DNA of 64,000 nt from Candidatus Saccharimonadota bacterium (lineage in GTDB: Bacteria; Patescibacteriota; Saccharimonadia; Saccharimonadales; Saccharimonadaceae), in the NCBI GenBank assembly GCA_017512925.1, contig JAFWEN010000002.1:160502-224501 (forward strand), read 5' to 3'. The notes below the pieces were generated by a model. That model made no database searches, was not told where the DNA came from, and saw nothing but the letters and a program-made list of their open reading frames with translations. Positions 9,615-18,883 of the stretch are shown here, piece by piece. Position 1 is the first letter of the stretch; each line of letters opens with the position of its first letter. The position numbers and the translations under genes were made by a program.

Positions 9615-11132
9615 ATGGAAATAGTAATTCCGATTATTGCCGCGGTAGTGGGCGTAGTTGCTGGCGCGGGAGGAATTTTTGCTTATAACAAGCGAAAAGA
9701 AAACGGGGGTAAAGATAAGGCTGATGATTTGGTGCGTAAAGCGAAGCGTGAGGCGCAGGATATTGTGTCTAGCGCGAAACGCGAGGCGGCAGATATTGCA
9801 GAAAAAAGTCAGAATGAAGAAAATGAGCGGCGCAAAGAGTGGAAGCGCACGGAGAATCGTTTGGCGGAGCGCGAGACGACGCTGGATGCGAAGTTGGATC
9901 AGCTAGAGAAGAAGTCTGACAAGTTAGTGCGTGAAGAAAAAGAATTAGAGGAGCTCAAAAGCGAAGTGCGAGAAATTCGTGACAAGCAGCATGATAAGCT
10001 GGAAAAGATTGCGGGGCTGTCTAAGACCGAGGCTCGCGATAAGTTAATGAAAATGACCGAGAATGATATTAAGCAGGATTTAGTTGGTTTGGTTGCGAAA
10101 CAACAAAAAGAGATAAAGCATGACATTGATGAGACTGCGCAGGCGATGCTTCTCACAGCGATGGAGAGGATGTCTTCGGAAGTAACTGCAGATAGAACGG
10201 TAACGGCTTTGAAACTTCCGGATGATGATATGAAGGGGCGTATTATTGGTAAGGAAGGGCGTAATATTCAAGCTTTGCAACGGGCGACTGGTGTAGATAT
10301 TTTAGTGGATGATACGCCTGGTATGGTGGTGTTATCTTCGTTTGATCCGATTCGTCGTCAGGTGGCGAGATATGCTTTGGAGCGCTTGATGAAAGACGGT
10401 AGGATTAATCCGTCGTCGATTGAAGATGCGGTAGCGAAGGGTGAACGCGAAATTGAGAAGGAAGTGGTACGAGCTGGCGAAGATGCAGTGCGTGAAGTTG
10501 GTCTAGTGGGGATTCCGCGCGAATTAGTGCATCTACTTGGTGAACTGAAGTTCAGGACTTCGTATGGACAGAATGTGTTGTTGCACTCGGTGGAAATGGC
10601 GCATGTAGCAGGAATGATTGCAGAGGAGATTGGTGCAGATAAGCGAGTAGCAAAGACTGCGGCACTGCTTCATGATGTAGGCAAAGCGGTGACACATAAG
10701 ATTGAGGGTAAGCACGCTGAAATTGGTGCGGAACTTGCGAAGAAATATGGCATGCCGGAGCCGGTAGTGCACGCAATGGCGGCGCACCATGACGACATTG
10801 AGCCGACTACGCCAGAAGCGATTATCGTGAAGATTTGTGATGCGATGAGTGCAGCACGTCCAGGTGCTCGCAATATTTCTGCGGAGAATTTTGCAGAGAG
10901 AATGCGTGATTTAGAAAATATTGCTACTTCGTTCCCAGGGATTGATAAGGCTTATGCAATTTCAGCTGGTCGTGAAATCCGAGTGATTGTGGAGCCGAAG
11001 CAGATTGACGATTTGTCTGCACTCAAGCTAGCGCGTGATATTGCGAATAAGATTGAAGCAACGATGAGTTATCCTGGTGTGATCAAAGTGAATGTGATAC
11101 GGGAGACGAGAGCAGTAGAGTACGCAAAGTAA
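9615..11132 (+). CDS. rny: Ribonuclease Y
   Basis: N-terminal TM, coiled coil, KH (KGRIIGKEGRNI), HD (LLHDVGK), SAARPGAR. Confidence 0.97.
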   Translation: MEIVIPIIAAVVGVVAGAGGIFAYNKRKENGGKDKADDLVRKAKREAQDIVSSAKREAADIAEKSQNEENERRKEWKRTENRLAERETTLDAKLDQLEKKSDKLVREEKELEELKSEVREIRDKQHDKLEKIAGLSKTEARDKLMKMTENDIKQDLVGLVAKQQKEIKHDIDETAQAMLLTAMERMSSEVTADRTVTALKLPDDDMKGRIIGKEGRNIQALQRATGVDILVDDTPGMVVLSSFDPIRRQVARYALERLMKDGRINPSSIEDAVAKGEREIEKEVVRAGEDAVREVGLVGIPRELVHLLGELKFRTSYGQNVLLHSVEMAHVAGMIAEEIGADKRVAKTAALLHDVGKAVTHKIEGKHAEIGAELAKKYGMPEPVVHAMAAHHDDIEPTTPEAIIVKICDAMSAARPGARNISAENFAERMRDLENIATSFPGIDKAYAISAGREIRVIVEPKQIDDLSALKLARDIANKIEATMSYPGVIKVNVIRETRAVEYAK

Positions 11133-11182
11133 AGATTTGTGATATGAAAAATATCCGAGTGTTTGCTTGGATATTTTTTTGA

Positions 11183-11731
11183 TTAGTTTAGGATGGCAAT
11201 GCCGCAGTTTAGGTAGGCTGCGAAAGTGCACCAAAGAAGATATGGGAGAAGCATCCAAAAAGCTGGTTTGGAGATTTTGTAGGTTTCAACCATCAATGCG
11301 ATGATGATAGCCCACATGATAAGGAGCCAAACGAAGGCAACCCAGAACCAATCAAGGGTGAAGAAGAGTGGAGTCCAAGCGAAATTGAATAAAAGTTGGA
11401 CGCCATACAAAATGAGAGCGATTTTGGCAGTTTTCTTAGTCTCCTTTTTATTGGAAAGATAGCCTTTTGTCCAAATAAAATAACTAGATAAACCCATTAG
11501 GGTATAAAGAATTGTCCAGGCGACTGGAAATAACCAAGCGGGTGGTGCGAGAGGTGGTTGGTTAAAGGTGTTGAATTTAGTCATGGCGTCACGAGTGAAT
11601 AGGGAAATAATAATTCCACCACCGAGTGGGACGGCAATACTTAGAGCGATACACCAGATTTTGCCCCAAATGGTGGATTTTTTGGTTTGTTTTGAAACTT
11701 TTGAGGATTTTTTTGAAGTTTTTGACATCAC
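11183..11731 (-). CDS. tspO: TspO/MBR family protein
   Basis: PPLAPPAWLFPVAWTILY, QLLFNFAW, LLPYLLWCTFAAYLN. Confidence 0.92.
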   Translation of the reverse strand: MMSKTSKKSSKVSKQTKKSTIWGKIWCIALSIAVPLGGGIIISLFTRDAMTKFNTFNQPPLAPPAWLFPVAWTILYTLMGLSSYFIWTKGYLSNKKETKKTAKIALILYGVQLLFNFAWTPLFFTLDWFWVAFVWLLIMWAIIIALMVETYKISKPAFWMLLPYLLWCTFAAYLNCGIAILN

Positions 11732-11812
11732 AAATATTCCTATATTAGTTATGTTATTTTTATTGTAACATAGAATTGTGGTTTAGCTATTTTGCCATTC
11801 TTCGAATTGGAT

Positions 11813-11908
11813 TTATTGGCAGATTTTGCAAAGGTGGATTGAAGTGTCTTCGGGGTTTAAGGGGGCGCCACAGATGTCGCAAGTGTTGTTATCTACGAAT
11901 TGACTCAT
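11813..11908 (-). CDS. 31-aa CxxC/CxxC zinc-finger microprotein (not in the ORF track)
   Basis: MSQFVDNNTCDICGAPLNPEDTSIHLCKICQ; TGCTATAAT 7 nt upstream of the ATG. Confidence 0.6.
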   Translation of the reverse strand: MSQFVDNNTCDICGAPLNPEDTSIHLCKICQ

Positions 11909-11944
11909 GAGGCGATTATAGCATATTTGTGATAAGATGGAGAT

Positions 11945-12646
11945 ATGAAAAGTGCAATTCGGGATTATGATGGGTTTAGAAAAGAGCTCGCTAAATATGC
12001 GGACGATGATTACCGAGAGTTTTCGATGAAGGGGATACCGAGTGATAGACCGTTTGTGGGCGTGAGAATTCCGGTGGTGAGAGAAATAGTGAATTGTATC
12101 GCGCCTGAATATTATGAAGAGTTCTTGAAGGTGGAGCCGGTGGCGTTTGAAGAGGTGCTAGCAAGGGGCTTTTTGATTTGTAAGCTATCATATGATGAAA
12201 TGCTTCTATGGTTTGATTCGCAGGTTTCGTACATTGATGATTGGGCGAGTTGTGATACGTTTTGTTCGGCATTAAGAAAATTAATACATGCGCACTTGGA
12301 TGAATTCTTGGAGCTAAAGGTCGAGAGGTTACTTGACGATTCGCATGAATATGCGGTGAGAGCTGGATTGGTTTTATTGAAATGTGCATATGTGGATTTT
12401 GGTCATCTTCAAGTGATTTTTGATAAGACGGATAAATTGGCATTGAGGGAAGAATATTATATTAGAATGGCGATAGCATGGTTGATGGCAGAGTGTTTTA
12501 TTAAATTTCCTGAGGAAACTTTGGGATTCATGCGAGTGTCGCGGCTACCAAAGTGGACTTACAATAAAATGATTTCTAAGATCTGTGATTCGTATAGGGT
12601 GGATTCTGAAATGAAGGAAGTAGTAAGAAGAATGAGAAAAAAGTAA
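11945..12646 (+). CDS. DNA alkylation repair protein (AlkD-like)
   Basis: GVRIPVVR, IDDWASCD, EEYYIRMAIAWLMAE. Confidence 0.85.
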   Translation: MKSAIRDYDGFRKELAKYADDDYREFSMKGIPSDRPFVGVRIPVVREIVNCIAPEYYEEFLKVEPVAFEEVLARGFLICKLSYDEMLLWFDSQVSYIDDWASCDTFCSALRKLIHAHLDEFLELKVERLLDDSHEYAVRAGLVLLKCAYVDFGHLQVIFDKTDKLALREEYYIRMAIAWLMAECFIKFPEETLGFMRVSRLPKWTYNKMISKICDSYRVDSEMKEVVRRMRKK

Positions 12647-12717
12647 AGGAGATAAAAAGAAGGTGATGCAATTTGACGTTTTATATGAAATGGAGTTATA
12701 CTGGATACGGGTACTTC

Positions 12718-13353
12718 ATGAAAGATTGGTATAAGAAATATCTAAAAAATAGTCTGAAGTTAGAGAAATGGCAATGGGCGGGGATAATGATGCTACTGGT
12801 TGTGTTCGCTGGATTTTTTGGTTGGTTGTATGAATTTATCTTCTATTATTTTGACGGCGGAAAGGGTGAATTTTATATGCAGGGAGGGAATTTTTTGCCG
12901 TGGATTAATATTTATGCGATTGGTGCAGTACTGATTGTGGTTTCGTGTTGGAAATTGAGAAAGTGGCCGTGGGCGGTGTTTTTGTTGTCTATGGTAGTGA
13001 CTGGTGTATTAGAATTTGTGGCTGGGTGGCTGGTGTATACAATAGGGAATGGAACGAGGTATTGGGATTATAACGTGGAAATATTAAACTTTGGAAATAT
13101 TGAGGGATTTGTGTGTCTACGCTCAGTATTAGTGTTTGGCGTGTCGGCGTTGTTCTTGATGTATGTAATAATGCCGTGGCTTATAAAGTTGTCACGGAAA
13201 ATGGGGCGACGGGCGTTTCTGGCGCTGGCGATTTCGTTATTCGCGATTGTGATGGTGGATGAGATTTATAATTTGTTAGCATCAAAAGTGTTTGGCTGGC
13301 CGGATGCGATGGAAATTTATCGGGCGGCGGGGCTGAAGTATTTGGGGGATTAG
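12718..13353 (+). CDS. Putative ABC transporter permease (DUF1113/CmpB-like)
   Basis: GFFGWLYE, P..NIYAIG, LEF..G, RYWDY, NIEGFVC; start uncertain (12673-12718). Confidence 0.75.
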   Translation: MKDWYKKYLKNSLKLEKWQWAGIMMLLVVFAGFFGWLYEFIFYYFDGGKGEFYMQGGNFLPWINIYAIGAVLIVVSCWKLRKWPWAVFLLSMVVTGVLEFVAGWLVYTIGNGTRYWDYNVEILNFGNIEGFVCLRSVLVFGVSALFLMYVIMPWLIKLSRKMGRRAFLALAISLFAIVMVDEIYNLLASKVFGWPDAMEIYRAAGLKYLGD

Positions 13354-13484
13354 TAGAGGTGCGTTGCAGTATACTGGGGTAGTATGTGTGTGGTTTGATG
13401 ATGAAAAGTTTGAAACGTTGGAGTTTTGGTCTAAGATGTGACTTTTCAAAATTCGCGAAGTGTGGTATAATAATTGGAGTGAGC

Positions 13485-13561
13485 GGGCCGGTAGCTCAGC
13501 TGGTTAGAGCACGAGCCTCTTAAGCTTGGTGTCGTGGGTTCAAGTCCCACCCGGCTCACCA
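13485..13561 (+). tRNA. tRNA-Lys(CTT)
   Basis: Cloverleaf GGGCCGG...CGAGC CT CTT AA GCTTG...CCGGCTC A CCA. Confidence 0.97.
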
Positions 13562-15162
13562 GACCGAGATTTCTCGGTCAAACGCCCAAGAACTAGTGGT
13601 TCAAGAGGTTTCTTCCATCTGTAAGAGACCTCATTTTTGTTGCTTATTTCTAGGTTCGTAAATAGATTTCGGGCCAATTGGTCCTTTTGCCAAGAATCGC
13701 CACTTTTCATCTTATCTACCAGAGAATCTAGCTGGTTCGTAAGTTCTTCCAAAATTTCTTGGACTTGGTCCGGATCGAAGATTTTAGTTTCGATTTCGCC
13801 ACGTTCTACTTGCAAGGCGGAAATGTCCTCGCGGCATTCTTCCAGTTGTTCTTTTACCATCTTTTTCGCTTCGGCTGGTGCATTGCTTCCTAAATCGATG
13901 AAAGCCTGCGAAAGCTCGTCTTGGCGGCGCTTCTTGGCTTTAATTGCGGCGTTAACGCGCAGCTTTTCTTCTATCAACTTGTTATGGCGGTGATTGATAT
14001 AATCGGTTAAGTGATTTTGGATTTTCTCGACATCCTTTTTCGTAAAATGTAACGCTTCGAGTGTTTCATAAATGTCATTTAGGATATATTGCGCACGGAT
14101 ATTCTTTTGTTTACGCTCGCATTCTGGATTACCGCAACGGAAGTAGAGGAATTTCTTGCCACTTCTGACGGTCGAGCGCGCTACGTGCATAAAATTGCCA
14201 CAGACGCTACACTTGACGAGCTGGCGAAACGGAATAAACACTTTGTCGTCCTTGGCTTTGACGGAAGCGGTAGGGATTTTCTTAATTTTGCGGCGGCGCG
14301 CTTGCACTAAACCAAATTCTTCTTCAGTTATCATTGGCTGGAAATCTGGTAGGATTTCTCGTAAATCTACTCTCTGTCCGCCTTGAACGAGAACACCATA
14401 ATAGAACGGATCGCTTAGAATTGTGCCGATTGGCGATTCGCTATCGTAGACATTAATGCGCCGAACGTTTTTATTCTTGTGCGTGAGTTTTGTCATACGG
14501 TGAACATCGTTTTGGCGCCAAAAGGCAACGATATCGCGTTGGCTGTAGCCTTCCAAATACATATCGAAGCCGCGCCTAATAAATGCGAAGTTATCATCTG
14601 GTTTGTAAAAGCCAGTCACCTCATCGCGATTATAGCCCCACTTTGGCATGCCGCTAGATTTGCCTTGAGCAAGGTTAGAGTCAACACCGCGCTGAACGCT
14701 TTCGGAAAGATGTTCTGAATACTGCTTAGACATTGCGAAAACGATATTGAGAAGTAGCTTCGTGTTTGAATCATTGCTAAAGTTGAACATTGGGAATTTA
14801 AGGTCTTTAATAATCCCGTTATCGACCATATCTACAATCATTCCGGCTTCGAGCGAGTTTCTGGCTAGGCGGTCTGGATGCCATGTCAAAATTCCATCGT
14901 ATTTGCCAGCTTCAATATCTTTTAGCATTTTCGAGAAAATCGGACGCTTGCCCGAGATTTTGGCAGAGTGCGATTCTTTTAAAATATCCACGACTACCAA
15001 GCCGTGGCTTTCGGCAAAGCCGATGCAGTCCTTAATTTGGTCTGGAAGTGATTTAGCTTGCGCTCCAACATCCTCAGAAGATTTACGAGCGTATAAGACA
15101 TATCTAAGCAAGGGCTTTCCGCCGTTCTCTTTGGCCAGCTCCGCAATTGACTTGCTTTTCAT
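13540..15162 (-). CDS. Large serine recombinase (integrase)
   Basis: YARKS catalytic motif, PDRLARN, recombinase domain, Zn ribbon CSVC...CGNPEC, coiled coil; stop lies within the tRNA. Confidence 0.93.
   Translation of the reverse strand: MKSKSIAELAKENGGKPLLRYVLYARKSSEDVGAQAKSLPDQIKDCIGFAESHGLVVVDILKESHSAKISGKRPIFSKMLKDIEAGKYDGILTWHPDRLARNSLEAGMIVDMVDNGIIKDLKFPMFNFSNDSNTKLLLNIVFAMSKQYSEHLSESVQRGVDSNLAQGKSSGMPKWGYNRDEVTGFYKPDDNFAFIRRGFDMYLEGYSQRDIVAFWRQNDVHRMTKLTHKNKNVRRINVYDSESPIGTILSDPFYYGVLVQGGQRVDLREILPDFQPMITEEEFGLVQARRRKIKKIPTASVKAKDDKVFIPFRQLVKCSVCGNFMHVARSTVRSGKKFLYFRCGNPECERKQKNIRAQYILNDIYETLEALHFTKKDVEKIQNHLTDYINHRHNKLIEEKLRVNAAIKAKKRRQDELSQAFIDLGSNAPAEAKKMVKEQLEECREDISALQVERGEIETKIFDPDQVQEILEELTNQLDSLVDKMKSGDSWQKDQLARNLFTNLEISNKNEVSYRWKKPLEPLVLGRLTEKSRSGEPGGT
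13543..13561 (+). repeat. Left att core (tRNA 3' end)
   Basis: AGTCCCACCCGGCTCACCA, identical to 30803-30821. Confidence 0.92.
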
Positions 15163-15228
15163 AGAAATTATTATATCATAACAGAGGTAAAAACGCTATA
15201 CCTATGGCACTTGGCTTTGTTCGTATAC

Positions 15229-15267
15229 AAAAATCTCCGGTCGCGATTCGTAATCTAGCCGGAGATT
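15229..15267 (-). terminator. Probable intrinsic terminator after the 46-aa ORF
   Basis: AATCTCCGG/CCGGAGATT inverted repeat followed by a T-run on the minus strand. Confidence 0.55.
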
Positions 15268-15275
15268 AGTTTATT

Positions 15276-15416
15276 TTAGTAATAGAATTCGACCTCGCCA
15301 TTTTTGCCCACCGATTTCCATTGATTTTGTGTTATGCGTTCTGGCGTAACTTTGATATCTTTTAGAACGTTAAATAAACTGGCGATAGCTGTGGATGCTT
15401 CTTTGTTCTCGTCCAT
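15276..15416 (-). CDS. 46-aa hypothetical protein upstream of the recombinase (not in the ORF track)
   Basis: MDENKEASTAIASLFNVLKDIKVTPERITQNQWKSVGKNGEVEFYY; AAGGAG RBS; own promoter and terminator. Confidence 0.55.
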   Translation of the reverse strand: MDENKEASTAIASLFNVLKDIKVTPERITQNQWKSVGKNGEVEFYY

Positions 15417-15615
15417 AAAGAACTCCTTGCGTAGCCCTCTCGGGCCTTAGTGACGCAACTTATCCCGCAATTTGATAAATGCGTGTATAAACAAAAAATG
15501 CGAACATTTTATTGCCGCATTGCTCGGGCTTCGAGAGCACATCTAACTCGAAGTTAGTTCTATTATACCATGAATGGTTCGCTTTTACGTGATATAATTT
15601 AAGAGAAGGATAAAT

Positions 15616-16446
15616 ATGCAGACATATTTAGATGGTAAAACAATTAGTCCATTTTCTATTTGCTCGATCCCGATAGATATAGAGGTGAGAAATAAAATGT
15701 CCGATTCCGAGGAGTATCTTTATATTGCCTCTGCGACCGGCTTCTTAGTTGATGTTGAGGGAAAACTTTTCCTAGTGAGCAACTGGCACGTTTTTAGTGG
15801 CCATGAATTTAATAACGCATACACGGATCTTGTTAAAGAGCCGCATGGCGCCTTGCCCGAAAGAATTACTTTGCATGGTTTAGTGAAAGAGCAACGCGTA
15901 TCTTTGTTGCTTAGTGACACCAGCAACACTCCATTGTGGTCTCACGATAAAGAATCAGCTGTGGATATAGCTGTAATGGAGTTATCTCCCAATAATGCGA
16001 ACGCTATTAGGAAACTTGGTTGGCATGCTATAAACGAAATTCCGTCACAGGAAGACTTGTTATTAGAAGTTACAGATAGCGTGTTTATAGTAGGATATCC
16101 GTACGGAAAGCGAGCTTCAATGGAATACAATGCTATGCCAATTTACAAGAGCGGTTCTATTGCTTCGGAGCCAGCATTATCGTATTTTCCGGGCAGAAAG
16201 AGTTTTTTGATAGACAGTATAACCCGACCCGGAATGTCTGGTTCGCCCGTGATAGCGGTTAGTCACAATGGTTACATAAGCGACAAAGTGATATGTATAG
16301 ACGGTTCTACATACTACAAATTTTTAGGAATATATTCTGGCCGAATTGATGGCGACATGAAGGGTGAATCGTCTCTTGGCATAGTCTGGGATAAATCTTT
16401 AATCTTTAAGATTATCGCTGACGAGATAGCTAAAAGGGCTTCTTGA
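15616..16446 (+). CDS. Trypsin-like serine protease
   Basis: ATGF, SNWHV (His), DIAV (Asp), GYP, GMSGSP (Ser); no signal peptide. Confidence 0.85.
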   Translation: MQTYLDGKTISPFSICSIPIDIEVRNKMSDSEEYLYIASATGFLVDVEGKLFLVSNWHVFSGHEFNNAYTDLVKEPHGALPERITLHGLVKEQRVSLLLSDTSNTPLWSHDKESAVDIAVMELSPNNANAIRKLGWHAINEIPSQEDLLLEVTDSVFIVGYPYGKRASMEYNAMPIYKSGSIASEPALSYFPGRKSFLIDSITRPGMSGSPVIAVSHNGYISDKVICIDGSTYYKFLGIYSGRIDGDMKGESSLGIVWDKSLIFKIIADEIAKRAS

Positions 16447-17191
16447 ATATAAATAAGTATTCGTGCGCTAGCAATAGAAAATTATACTTGATGCTATTCG
16501 TTTTCCAATATCCGGTCGCTCGGCAATTATGCTGTTCTTTCATTATGATTTCTTTTAGCTTAAAGCCGGTATCCTCGAATACTTGCATCGTTTTAAAGCT
16601 TAAGGGAATAACGTGACCTTTCGAACGCGTATCGCCCATTAGAATCGCGCAGAACTTACCTTTCTTTAACACTCGGTAGCTTTCGCTTGCGACAGCTTTC
16701 ATTTGCTCTAAGAACTCATCTACTTTGAAATTTGAAAGGTCAGCCGGTATATCTTGACCCTCGCTATAATGAATAATATTTGCGTAAGGCGGATGCGTGC
16801 AAATTAAATCTATGCTTCCATCCGGTATTCCTTTTAGTTTTCGCGCATCTCCCTTACGAACATAAACTTTACCATTTGCGCCGTCATGTTTGAACTTAAC
16901 CTTTTCTCGGCATCGGTTTAAGGCCTCGTCATTAACGTCTAGACCTAAGATATTTCTATTTAATAGCTTTGCCTCTACCAGTGTAGTTCCACCGCCGGCA
17001 AATTGGTCTAATACCATGTCGCCCTCGTTTGAATAACGGAGAAGAATGTTGCGTGGAATATATGGCGACCAATTTCCGCGCCATTTCGCATCGTGGGTAG
17101 CCCAGTTGCCACGATTCGGAAAACTCCAAACGCTGGTCATTTCTAACTCGAAATCGTCTGGCGCCCATTTTTTAATGTCTTGAGTATTCAT
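16430..17191 (-). CDS. N4/N6 amino DNA methyltransferase (THPPY type)
   Basis: VLDQFAGGGTT SAM motif; catalytic THPPY. Confidence 0.88.
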   Translation of the reverse strand: MNTQDIKKWAPDDFELEMTSVWSFPNRGNWATHDAKWRGNWSPYIPRNILLRYSNEGDMVLDQFAGGGTTLVEAKLLNRNILGLDVNDEALNRCREKVKFKHDGANGKVYVRKGDARKLKGIPDGSIDLICTHPPYANIIHYSEGQDIPADLSNFKVDEFLEQMKAVASESYRVLKKGKFCAILMGDTRSKGHVIPLSFKTMQVFEDTGFKLKEIIMKEQHNCRATGYWKTNSIKYNFLLLAHEYLFIFKKPF

Positions 17192-17205
17192 TAGGCCTCT
17201 GGCTC

Positions 17206-17739
17206 CTATCTTCTACCACCGAAACCGGCGGTTGACATTATCTTAAAGATATCTCTATCCACTTCTAGCAATTCCGATATAATATTGCCAAACATATACG
17301 CATCCGAACGATTTGTTTTTTCTTGTACGGCGAGAAGTTCCATTAACACATAAAGGAATTCTACATCGTATTCGCCGTAATTGTTTAGTGATTCATATTG
17401 CGAGATATCGATGCTCTTTTCGCCATCCAAGATTAGTTTTTCCAAAGTTTCATAGCTATTGTCTTGTAATGGTCTGCATGAATTCCAGCAGTTCTGAATT
17501 GCCTCAAGATATTTCCTCGTTAAATCTTCGTTGCCTTGCATTTTCATCAAAATATCTACGGCCCAATGGATGTGCTTTGGGGTTCTGATTCGTGTCCCAT
17601 CTTTGCGATATTTAATGATAATGTCATATTTCGATAATGTACCCTGAAAAACATAAATAATGTAGTCATCAAAAATAAACTCGATGATGGCCTGCTTAGC
17701 CCCCTTGTCGATTGTTTGTGAACCTCTTTGAATTTTCAT
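17206..17739 (-). CDS. Hypothetical protein between two methyltransferases
   Basis: 177 aa; RBS present; 13-14 nt gaps to both neighbours. Confidence 0.75.
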   Translation of the reverse strand: MKIQRGSQTIDKGAKQAIIEFIFDDYIIYVFQGTLSKYDIIIKYRKDGTRIRTPKHIHWAVDILMKMQGNEDLTRKYLEAIQNCWNSCRPLQDNSYETLEKLILDGEKSIDISQYESLNNYGEYDVEFLYVLMELLAVQEKTNRSDAYMFGNIISELLEVDRDIFKIMSTAGFGGRR

Positions 17740-17752
17740 ATTTTACCTCTCT

Positions 17753-18817
17753 TTAGAAATTTGATATTAATAATTCGTTAATTCTTCCGCGTGCGCTACT
17801 ATTTCTATTTATCATGCGCGTTGCTGAAACTCGTTTTATGTTTTGTTTTGCATATGCATCGTCAAAAAAGTTATCGTCTTTGTTCGCATTTTTAGGATCG
17901 GAGTTGCTAGCAACTATCTTTGCGCCTTTTTTGTCTAACTCCTGAACGAATTTCGCAAGTTCAAGTTGATTTTTATCACTAAACATTCCTTCTGTGTACG
18001 ACGTAAAGTTAGCGGTTGGGGTTAGGGGGCGATATGGTGGATCGAAATATACGAAAGTTTTGTCGTCGATGAAATCCCCAGATTCCTTATAATCTCTGCA
18101 TACTATTTTTACGTTTTGAAGTTTTTTAGAAACAGCTTTCAGATTGTTCTCGTTGCAAATGAGCGGATTCTTGTAAGCACCCATCGGGACATTATATTCT
18201 CCCTTGCGGTTTACTCGATAAAGGCCGTTAAAGCATGTTTTGTTGAGAAAAATCATTAATGCGGCAAGTTCTACGCCAGATTCTTGTTTGCTTTTGAGCT
18301 CGTTAAATCGCGCACGTTTCGCAAGATATGCTTCTTTGCGATTATTATCGTCTAATGCTAGGTAATCGCTCTCAAATCGCCTCAAAACGTCCAATAACGC
18401 GTTAATATCGTCGCGAATAATTGAGTATACGTTTATCAACTCGGCATTTATGTCGCTAATGTATACTTCCTGTAACTCGTATTTATTCAAAATATCGAAA
18501 AGCACAGCGCCACCACCAACAAAAGGTTCTGCATATTTTGTTATTCTAGTGTCTTTGGCGAATGGATAATATTGTTCAATTTCTTTTAGTAACTGGCCTT
18601 TTCCGCCGGCCCATTTCAAGAATGGCTTAGCTTCGTCGCAGATTGTCGACGCATTTTTTATTCTTGCATCAGCTGGCTTGACGGCGTCATATGGAATTAT
18701 CCATGCATTTCCGACAAACATGGCGCCCATGATGCGACCTTCGGAGCATAAAGTCGCTACTCTCCTTTGGGAGATATCCCACTTTGTTGCTGTTTCTTTT
18801 GCTGAAATATAATTCAT
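17753..18817 (-). CDS. HTH-fused Dam/DpnM-family adenine methyltransferase
   Basis: N-terminal excisionase-like HTH; PFLKWAGGK, EPFVGGG, CFNGLYRVN, DPPY. Confidence 0.92.
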   Translation of the reverse strand: MNYISAKETATKWDISQRRVATLCSEGRIMGAMFVGNAWIIPYDAVKPADARIKNASTICDEAKPFLKWAGGKGQLLKEIEQYYPFAKDTRITKYAEPFVGGGAVLFDILNKYELQEVYISDINAELINVYSIIRDDINALLDVLRRFESDYLALDDNNRKEAYLAKRARFNELKSKQESGVELAALMIFLNKTCFNGLYRVNRKGEYNVPMGAYKNPLICNENNLKAVSKKLQNVKIVCRDYKESGDFIDDKTFVYFDPPYRPLTPTANFTSYTEGMFSDKNQLELAKFVQELDKKGAKIVASNSDPKNANKDDNFFDDAYAKQNIKRVSATRMINRNSSARGRINELLISNF

Positions 18818-18883
18818 TTTACCTCGCTTTATTCTAATTATTATTATATTCTAAATCTAGAATAATGCTAGATCTAAAATGAA

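Noticed and set aside
13354-13470. TAGAGGTGCG...AGTA upstream of tRNA-Lys resembles the start of a lysine riboswitch
   Set aside because: The region is too short, lacks the GAAAGG/GCCGAA core and the closing P1 strand, and the tRNA has its own promoter downstream
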